A stretch of DNA of 64,000 nt. It comes from Octopus sinensis (lineage: Eukaryota). Location of the stretch: positions 29,760,001 to 29,824,000 of the forward strand of contig NC_043003.1 in NCBI RefSeq assembly GCF_006345805.1, given 5' to 3'. Shown here piece after piece: positions 55,135-64,000 of the stretch; the stretch's first letter is position 1; every line of letters begins with the position of its first letter. Below the pieces are notes generated by a model. It made no database searches. It had not been told where the DNA came from and worked only from the letters and a program-made list of their open reading frames with translations. The translations under genes were made by a program, and so were the position numbers.

Positions 55135-56384
55135 CATGGGTTGGACAAAATAATGGAAACACCTAGCATCATAATTTTGAAATATATATAAAACCATCAA
55201 AAGCTTGTTTGTTTTTATATTTTTTTTATTTATTATTAGCGTTGCTTAATATGTTTGGCTAAAATTGCTGTTTCTTTTCAGATATCATCAGAAAAAGTAA
55301 TTAAAATTCATTAAAATGACAGATCTATCAGACTTTCAAAGAAGTCAAATTGTTGGTGCTTCTATGGAAGGCACTAGTGTAACGAAAACAGACGAAATGT
55401 TTGGTGTATCAATAAGTACTGTCTTGAAAGTAATGAAATCCTTTGAAAAAGAGGGAAAAACCTCCTCATTGAAACAAAACTCCGGAAGAAAACCTAAACT
55501 TACTGATAGGGAGTGTCAGACTGTTACAGAAATTGTTAGAAAGGATCACAAAAATACAGCTCCTAAAATTACTGCAGAGCTTAATAACCACCTTGAGAAC
55601 CCAGTTTCCACAAAAACTATTCACCGGGAGCTGCACAAAGCCAGATTTCACAGGAGGACTGCAATCAGAAAACCACTACTTTCAAAAACAAATGTTGCAA
55701 AGCATTTTGAGTGGAGTAAAAACCTATAGAATTGGTCCCTAGAGCAGTGGAAGAATGTTATTTTCTCAGACAAGTCGTCCTTTACCTTATTTTTGACCAC
55801 CAGCTGGGTATATGTGTGGAGACAGCCAAAAGAAGTATTTGACCCAGACAGCCTTCTTCCAATTGTTAAACATGGAGGATCTGTGATGATGGGGGGGGGC
55901 TTGGAAATTCACCAACCCAATGGTTTCCCTTCATGGCAGAATTAATAGTCTAGACTATTTAAGCATTTTATCTGAACAAATTCATCCTATAGATGTGGAA
56001 CTGTTTCCAGAGGGAAATGCAATCTTTCAGGATGATAATGCACCAATTCACACACCTAAAGTTGTCACTGAATGGCATGAGAAACATTCTAGTGAAGTTG
56101 AACATCTTATTTGGCCACCACAGTCCCCAGATCTCAATATTATTGAACATTTATGGTGCATTTTAGAAAAACAAGTAAGGAGTTGATATCTTCCACCATC
56201 ATCACTACAAGAACTGGAGACTGTTTTAGCTGAAGAATGAACAAAAATTCCTTTGGAAACAATTCCATCTTTGTACGAGTCCATACCTCCTCATATAATT
56301 GAAGCTGTAATTACTGCCAAAGGTGGTCCTAAAATAAATTTGTTTGAAATTTTAAAATGTTTCAATTATTTTGTCCAACACCTG
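55135..56384 (+). mobile_element. Tc1-like transposon, 1250 bp, DD36E (Incomer-like), transposase pseudogene about 55316-56328
   Basis: TA TSDs; 27-bp TIRs CA(T/G)G(G/T)GTTGGACAAAATAAT(G/T)GAAACA. HTH N-terminus MTDLSDFQRSQIVG, FSD (55769), and FQDDNAPIH...SPDLNIIEHLW with 36 residues between D and E. Stops at about 55727, 56184 and 56238, and a frameshift in the G-run at about 55890. Confidence 0.93.
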
Positions 56385-56461
56385 TATATGTATGTATACT
56401 ATACAAATATTACTTTAAAAAAACATTTCTTTTAATTTTTCTAAATTTAATTATTTAATCG

Positions 56462-56505
56462 TTACAGTTGAAAAGGTCTCAAAATGACTGAAACTGGTAC
56501 TGAAA
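56462..56505 (+). ncRNA. Minimal type I hammerhead-like motif, U3-A8 core variant
   Basis: TTACAG-TTGAAAA-GGTC(tcaaaat)GACT-GAAA-C-TG-GT-A-CTGAAA. Homolog at 9446-9488 on the minus strand. Confidence 0.45.
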
Positions 56506-56574
56506 TGTTCTTTATAAAATTATTTTAGCATTTTCTATTATGACTTATTTTTTCATATATATATATATATATAT

Positions 56575-57705
56575 ATAATTTTATTTGTTTCAGTCATTTT
56601 GACTGCGGCCATGCTGGAGCACTGCCTTTAGTCAAGCAAATCGACCCCAGGAATTATTCTTTGTAAGCCTACTACTTATTCTATTGGTCTCTTTTGCCAA
56701 ACCGCTAAGGTACGGGAACGTAAACACACCAGCATTGGTTGTCAAGTGATGTTGGGGACACACACATAAATATATATATATATATATACATATATATATA
56801 AGGTTAATCCAAACAAGAAAACAGAAAAGACAACAACACAAGGAGGTGGAACAATTAAAGTATTATTATTAGGCGCTCAGGAAAAAGGGAAGAAGGAGGG
56901 TATGACGTTTCGAGCGGAGCTCTTCGTCGGAAACATAAGAGAAAGAAAGATCCCGAGGCGGGCGGACGTAGGGAAAAAAAACGCAACTGGTTTTCACGAG
57001 GTAAACATGCTGAAAGGCCGGAAGTCTTAGACGAGCAGGGACAGGTTTTCAAAGACAGGAGAGCGGAAAAAGAAGGTAGGTAACAACTCAATGAATGGGA
57101 AGAAGAAGGTGTGTATGTGAGTATGTACGTGTGCGTGTATGTAAGGCGACGGCGAGTAGCGGGCAGCGGCCGTAACGATGTGCGAGATAAAAAAATGTGT
57201 ATATATTAGTGCGTGTGTCTGTGTAAGTGTGTGTACGTAGGGCATATATATATATATCAGCGCCGCCTTGACTGGCTTCCATGCCAGTGGCACGTAAAAA
57301 ACACCAACCAAACGTGGCCATTGCTAGCCTTGCCTAGCACCTGTGCCAGTGGCATGTAAAAAGCACCCACTACACTCATGGAGCGGTTGGCGTTAGGAAG
57401 GGCATCCAGCTGTAGAAACACTGCCAGATCAGACTGGAGCCTCCTGGCCTCCCAGACCCCGGTCAAACCGTCCAACCCATGCTAGCATGGAAATGGACGT
57501 TAATTGATGATGATGACATATATATATATATATATATATACGACAGGCTTCTTTCAGTTTCTGTCTACCAAATCCACTCACAAGGCTTCGGTCGGCCCGA
57601 GGCTATAGTAGAAGACACTAGCCCAAGGTGCCATGCAGTGGGACTGAACCCGGAACCATGTGGTTGGTAAGCAAGCTACTTACCACACAACCACTCCTGT
57701 GCCTA
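56575..57705 (-). mobile_element. tRNA-SINE split at its central microsatellite by nested insertions
   Basis: The 3' half is at 56575-56765 and the 5' half at 57541-57705. Between them lie a Penelope-like fragment (about 56801-57080) and an RTE-tailed SINE (57258-57517, +). Confidence 0.8.
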
Positions 57706-57794
57706 TATATATATATATATATATTATGAATTAAAAGCAGTACTAGTGTTATAAACATTATCAACCAAAATTACTCAATGTGTTTGGCTGTTTG

Positions 57795-58026
57795 CTGTAG
57801 TATAGTGCTTCAGGGACAACTCCCTCAGAGCACTAGGTGTTAAAACACCTGAAAGTCATAGACAGGTAAGACAAATCACTTCCAATCTCGTTCAGGAATA
57901 ATGGCTACAGCAAAAAATTAGTGAAATATCGATATCCATCACCTCTGAATGGGACTGGAGGCAAGCTTTCAGATGTTTTAACACCCAGTGCTATGAAGGA
58001 GTCATCCCCAAAGCACTATACTGCAG
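57795..58026. mobile_element. MITE-like inverted repeat with 61-bp arms
   Basis: Arms differ at 9 of 61 positions, 8 of them transitions. No clear TSD. Confidence 0.75.
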
Positions 58027-58298
58027 TGCACCAGTGAACAAGCAAAACATACCATGAATATATGTGGTCAATAATATATATATATATATACACACACATA
58101 CATACATATATAATGTTTGCATGAGTGTGTACATGTTTTAGTGCTTCCTTGTTTTGACATTGTATAATAGTTGTAAACAAGTGTATATTTACACACACAC
58201 ACACACACAAACAAACATATGCATACATATATATATAGAGATACATATAAGCACATAGACTTACATATCCATAATGATAAATGTATACAAATATACAT

Positions 58299-58800
58299 GA
58301 CGACTGTCCACTAGTGACCGAGGAAGACCATCACTGACCACTGCCCATGCAATATGTCAGCAATGCCCATGCATGAGGTTATTGCACCAGCAGCTACCTT
58401 CACCCTGGTTCACCTCCTCGGCTTCCACACTCGCCACGGTGCCCTACTACATAACTGGGTGTTGGACAATCACCTCATTGGTGGTTGCACAACCTAAACT
58501 TTTTGGTGCAGTAAGGCTTGCACAGTACCTCAACAGATCCTCTCCACTCAACCAATATGATCCAGAGACAAGCCAGGGCAAGATACACAGTACCAATATG
58601 GGTTGCAGGTTCAGGAATGTGAGAGTGCCATAATCTCAAGCAGAAACAGATTCTCAAAATGTCCAATTCCATTTCCTGCATATCTGGTTTTATATGAGAG
58701 TGACATTCCCTCAAGTGATGCTCTGGCAAAAGCTAAGGGGCACCTCACTCCCAGTGGTCTTCCCATGTTATCAGTAGCGCTCATGGGAGACCTCACAAGT
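58299..58800 (+). pseudogene. Decayed RTE RT fragment, from the (A)DD motif to the C-terminus
   Basis: DDCPLVTEED, a ttcacc..ctcggc..tccac segment (FTYLGS-like), and QGKIHST (QDKIPNT-like). Confidence 0.6.
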
Positions 58801-58844
58801 GACCTGTTTATATACATACATATAAACATATGCATACATGTTCC

Positions 58845-59500
58845 CTGACTTTGGTTCTGGCTCAGAGGCACTGAAGATTGTAAATCTCTGAATACTTGTA
58901 GCATGGCTGAGAAGCAGATTGCAAACAAAAGAAGAGTCATTAAACAGTCCTGCTTGATTCTATCCTTTACAGGTAGCTGAACCACCTTCCATCATGGAAG
59001 CCATTATATCATTGTGGAATGATCTTATTACTCTGACCATCTTTTGGGGATACCCAAAATTTGTGCAGGACTTTCCAGAGAGCATCACAGTTAACCATAT
59101 GAAAGGGCTTTTTGCTAAATCTTCATCACAAAAGCTGCATTGTGATTCAGGGTGTACTGTCTCCACCAAGTGATGAATGGGCCTGTTAAGCATGACTCTG
59201 GTAAGTATTTTGCCAGCAGTGGAGAGGAGTGAGAGTGTTTCTGTTTGCAGACAAACTCAGTGCTTTGACAAACTCTTTACAGGACGTCTAAACATGGGTT
59301 GACTGTTTTGCTAATGCTGCCAAATCCTTTGCCCTAACAATCAGCTCAAAAAAGATTGAGGTATTGCACCAGCCAGTACCTGAACACCCAAAACAGGATC
59401 CTATTGTCATACTAGACAACACCCCTCTAAATGACATGCCAAAATTCAGCTACCTGTCAAACAATCCCCAGCTTTCAACAGACTCCAGCATAGACTGTAA
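58845..59500. pseudogene. 5'-inverted RTE LINE fragment (about 59200-58845 minus; about 59225-59500 plus)
   Basis: Minus: LNRPIHHLVETVHPESQCSF, KMVRVIRSFH, PVKDRIKQDC..FSAMLQVFRDL. Plus: VFLFADK..VDCFANAAKSFALTISSKKIEVLHQP..PKFSYL. Confidence 0.8.
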
Positions 59501-59859
59501 AGAGATCAAGACATCTGTTTAGATACAAAGATCAGTGGGTATGTGTGTGTACACACATATACACACACACGTACATACATACATTCTTGAGCCCCTAGGT
59601 CACATAAAGCCCGTTACTCGGTTTCTATGACATATAAGTGACTGAGATCACAATTCCCGTGAAAGGGACACTGGTCCATTGCAGGTTTCAAGGTTGACCC
59701 TAGTAGTTGACTGGTACTTTATTTTTTCAATCCAGAAAGAGTAGAAGGTAAACTTGGCTTTTGCAAAATTTGAACTCAGAACATAAAGAGTTGGAAGAAA
59801 TGGCGTTATCATTTTGTCCGTCTACATAAACACATATGCACATACACATATCTGTACAA

Positions 59860-60020
59860 ACATCTACAAGTTTTTTTCACTCTCTGTTTATTTTCTCTTA
59901 TTCCCTTCCTGTTGAAGAACGTAGGCTTGAAACGTAAAAGACTTTTTCATTTTTCTCGAGCGTCAAACTAATACACTTGCTTGTTGTTCGTACACCTGTC
60001 TTCGTCTTTTGTTTTTCTGT
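59860..60020 (+). mobile_element. Penelope-like terminal repeat; inverted homolog at about 29540-29680
   Basis: cctgttgaagaacgtaggcttgaaacgtaaaagac...cacctgtcttcgtctttt is shared with the reverse complement of 29540-29680 and has a hammerhead-like layout. Confidence 0.55.
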
Positions 60021-60545
60021 AAATTTCAACTATATATATGCGCGCGCGCACATACATGCGCACATATATACAAACATTTACATCCATACACGTGTGTTTT
60101 GTGTGTGCATGTAACGTATGCGTTACAGTGCTTTCGGATAGCAAGTGCGATGCGTCTGGGGATACAAAGATAAACATGTTGACAATATAGTTGCACATTT
60201 AAAGCCTCTGTTTCTGCTGTTGATACATTGATGGGCGTGTGTGTGTGTGAGGAGTGGGGACAGAGCGTAAGAGCATCCAGATACTCCGCGCATCTAATTA
60301 TTGGTTTTTGACTCAGTGAACGTCCACTACTTTCTACCAGAAAAGTGAAACATTTTTGTGTGTATATACACACACACACGCACGTTCAATTACGTCTGCT
60401 ACACTTCTTACATTCCTGTATAGATATTAATGTATATAGGACACATAACTTAATGAAGTGCTCATGAAGTCGCTACACAAAAATCGAAACAGTCACACAG
60501 ATACAGATATGCATGGAGCATATTTGTGCGCGCACACACATGCAG

Positions 60546-60581
<36 letters not shown>

Positions 60582-61963
60582 CTGCATATATATATATATA
60601 TATATATATAGATTGAGGTATTGCACCAGCCAGTACCTGAACACCCAAAACAGGGGACACTGTATATAGTCAGACAGACAGATAGATAGATAATGGCTAA
60701 CATTGCGGTTTATGACGATTGTAAACACCTTGTATGTACAATATGTGTGCGGACATAAAAAGGGAAAACAGCTCAATATACATTTCGACTTTTTTTTTTA
60801 AGCTTTCATCAGCTGCTGTGAACCTTTCGCGTATCTACAAATACATTGCTTATAAACCTATTAATATTGGAAGTTAAACTGGGTAGCCCAAACTGTTTAC
60901 AATCATCCTAAGTGTTGGTTTAAAAAAAAACATGTTCTATAATACATTATTGTAACGAAACCTTGTTAATCAACCAATCCCGTGAAGAGGACAACCTCTC
61001 CGTTAGACCTCTTGCTATCCAAATAAAGTCTACATTGTTAGTTGAGTCCTCAACTGAACTATATAGTCTTCGCAGCTCAATACCAGATAAATACACACAC
61101 ACACACAGTCCGACGAAAGCTACATTGCCGATTCTTTGAAGTAACCGTTAACCTTTTTCGTTGTAAAAATTAATCAAATATGTAACTCTACCGAAGAATA
61201 TTTAGGGATTCTTCAGTTTAATACGTGACTATTTTTATAATATATACATAGAAAAAAACACACACACACAAGTGCATGCATTCTCCTTCACACCCAATCA
61301 TTGACTGTTAAAATTCCGAACGTCACTAGACATGCCTACTTCTCCCACCACTTGTTTAGCCACAGGCTAGCTGCAATCAAAAGATAAACCAGTTGTAATC
61401 AACTCATCTTTTTGATTTTACAAACAGTCTACATCAGAATATCGTTTCTAATACAGCTATATTTCCAGATGGTTGAGTATGTTGAAGGAGAGTTGGCTAC
61501 TATTTCCAGCAGGCCGGACGACTACATAGAGATTCCCTACTACACTGTATCGTCCGCGATCTTTTTCTTAACTCTTGTGGCAAATAAATTATCACCAGTA
61601 TTATTAATGTTGTTATTTATTATCATTTATCAAATACATCATTTTGAATTACTTGTGATCCTTTTTTGGCAATGACATTCGTTAATTCCGTGTAACTCTT
61701 CTCACAGGCAGGACCTAAACATTGTGACCACAGGTGACTAAATACATTACCAATGACACACAATCGAGAAATGATCTCAGCAAAACTGCTTGGTACTAGC
61801 TATCTATCCTATAAGAGCCCGCCATATCAAACATTTTAAGGTTCTGTGCATCTAGTTATCTCCCTAAACTTAACACATCCACATAGTAGGCTCGAAGTCA
61901 TGGATTCGTTAGTGCCCCTCATTTCTCCATCTGCATGTCTACACACATATATAGAGATGTAAA

Positions 61964-61994
<31 letters not shown>

Positions 61995-62627
61995 CACACA
62001 CACATTCACATACGCACAAATTACATACACATATACAAAGACGCACGCACACATACTCCATTGCAACAGTTTCATGAAAAGAAAGCCACTAAAGCTACGA
62101 AAGATTGCAACGAAGATCGTTTCTATAGAGGCTGGAAAGCTGTGAATGCTTTTCGTTGGAACTTAATTTTTTTTTCTCTAGGGAATACTAATCAAGATTA
62201 AACACCAATACATATGTTTGAGTGTGTGAAATCACACTGACACACACTTCACCATTAGCATGGATCATGTGAACACGCAAGTATTTATATATACGTATGT
62301 ATATATGTCTAATAACGGTATACTCTGTTATTAGCATACGCAATAGTATTAAGTAGAAAGTGTGTATCTACAAAATTTCATTTAGCATTCACCTCGAAAA
62401 AAAATCATAAAATATATTGACAGCTTCCTTCAATTCTACTGAAATGGTCCTCTTTGCAATCTTTTTTTTTTAGTTTTGATGTCTTATTTTTACAGAAACT
62501 GTTGCACTATATGTGTGTGTGTATGTGTGTGTGTTATAAGGAATGTTCTTTCGTATGTTTTGTGTATCCGCAGAAATTCTGGGGAACGTATTTATTCATA
62601 GAACTATTTAACAGGAATGACACTTAC

Positions 62628-62998
62628 CAGGAGAATTCATCATCTTTGGACGAGATACTATTTACATCTATAATGTCCACATCGTCCTCTACAGTTTGAT
62701 GGGTACTGTTATTATTGCTGCAACTGTTGTTCTGATGTTGTTGGCTGTGATGGTTGTTGTGGTGATTGTGTTGTTGGTGGTTGTGTTGGTGGCTGTTATT
62801 ATGGCCCGTCGAGCCATTGTGCTGGTTGAGCTTAGTATCCACATCACCGTTGTTTAGCTTCTGTTTACTCCGAAGCAGTTCGTTCTGTAGCTCAAGCCTC
62901 TTCACCAGTTCCTGCAGTTTACGTACCTCGGCTTGAGGGTCAACCAGGTTCGCCTCGACAGGACTGGCGGACGTTTCCTTCTTCGACACACTATTCAT
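62628..62998 (-). CDS. SLAIN: First coding exon of a SLAIN motif-containing (microtubule plus-end tracking) protein; partial CDS, phase-2 donor
   Basis: Translation MNSVSKK...[26 protein letters not shown] matches the SLAIN1/2 N-terminal coiled coil ([22 protein letters not shown]). It ends DDVDIIDV...DDEFSW, like the SLAIN LDEVELLDL...W motif. ATG at 62998 has A at -3, there is an in-frame upstream TAA at 63037-63035, and the exon ends TG|GTAAGTG at 62628/62627. The ORF-track start at 63016 is a TTG. Confidence 0.85.
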
Positions 62999-63361
62999 CT
63001 TCGAAGATGGGGGCAAAAGACAAGGGCAACCTACTTAGAACAAACAGCCCCCTTGAAGGAAAATTAGGTATTTGACAACAAAAAGAAAGGTGTAGAAGGA
63101 TAGAGGCAAAATGCTCTCCTTCCCGAAAGGAAAAAAAAAAAAAAACTGACAAACCCCCCCGCGTGTGATGCCTATTTGTCGGACAACTGGGGTACGGATT
63201 TTAGATTACTGTTAATGTGAGTGAGGAAGTATGAAGTTAGTTAGATGTGTAGTGACACTAATTAGAAAGTAAAATAAGGTTTCATTAAATAGAAACTGCA
63301 GCAGACTGAGGTAAAAAAAAACTAAATGACAATCGCCCCTCCTGACAGGAAGGTTTTCATT

Positions 63362-63371
63362 GCGCATGCGC
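63362..63371. promoter_or_regulatory. NRF1/Ewg-type palindromic site GCGCATGCGC in the putative SLAIN promoter
   Basis: Exact consensus palindrome about 360 bp upstream of the ATG, in a CpG-retaining region. Confidence 0.5.
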
Positions 63372-63682
63372 CTAAATTTCATAACTGTCAAAGGTTTCCT
63401 GTAGCTTTTAGTTTCGCTTTGCCTTCACATGTAAACTGATTGTTTTGTCTTTGGAAAATAATATTTGAAGTAAAATAATTAAACACTCAGGCATTGAAAA
63501 TAACAAAGCTACTTTGAATACTTAGCAAGTGTTTCAAGTGAATTAAGTGATGTCAACGAAGTAGTTGATATGTGTGCGTGTGTATGTAAAGTTATTTTTT
63601 TTCATCTAGATATATTTCCCCTTTGTACGTATGGTCTATTATATTTATTCATTCACTTGTTAACACTATACTATGCCTAATG

Positions 63683-63746
63683 CACTTGTCTACTGACGAG
63701 AAATAACATTCTAAGTTTATTCGAAACAGAGAAAGTGAAATAAGTG
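63683..63746 (+). ncRNA. Hammerhead-like motif with an intact core but an uncertain cleavage site
   Basis: cacttgtcta-CTGACGA-GAAATAAC(attctaa)GTTTATTC-GAAAC-agagaaaGT-gaaataagtg. Stem I is partly complementary; the triplet is not canonical NUH. Confidence 0.4.
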
Positions 63747-64000
63747 ATTATATATATTATTCCTCTCTTCGTTCTTAGTATATTTAGATGTTTCCGACTT
63801 AGCGGTGACAAAAACCGGGGAACACCGAACTAAAAGCATTTTATTTAGCTTCAGTTCTCTTAAATTTATTTTCAAATTCGACTTGCCACTTATTATTACT
63901 GAATCAGTATATTAAGAGTCAGTTAAATACTAGTTAAGTACTAGGTTCAATGCAAGTGACCCCACTTCCACTACCCCCACAAAAATGTCTTGAGTCTTTG

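Larger units (their letters stand above)
1..62627 (-). other. Probable very large intron of the SLAIN-like gene
   Basis: A canonical donor is present at 62627. Manual scanning found no downstream exon starting with G and encoding the expected (W)LY..SP motif. The content is repeats. A small exon could have been missed. Confidence 0.5.

Overview
AT-rich, microsatellite-dense animal DNA. The SINE families and repeat content point to an octopod cephalopod (Octopus sp.); this is an inference. The only host coding sequence I can support is the first coding exon of a SLAIN-family gene on the minus strand (62998-62628, ending at a GTAAGT donor). An NRF1-type palindrome and retained CpGs lie upstream of it. 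No second exon was found, so most of the window is probably one intron of more than 62 kb. That intron holds decayed or nested transposons: a mariner split by a piggyBac, a second piggyBac, a DD36E Tc1-like element, hAT/piggyBac/mariner MITEs, CR1 and RTE LINE fragments, tRNA-derived and RTE-tailed SINEs, and Penelope-like pieces. The most notable item is a 358-bp near-perfect inverted repeat (32566-32923). Each of its arms carries an apparently intact type I hammerhead ribozyme, one per strand. Several other, more degenerate hammerhead-like motifs from distinct repeat families are scattered through the window. Most ORFs in the supplied track are microsatellite or repeat artefacts.
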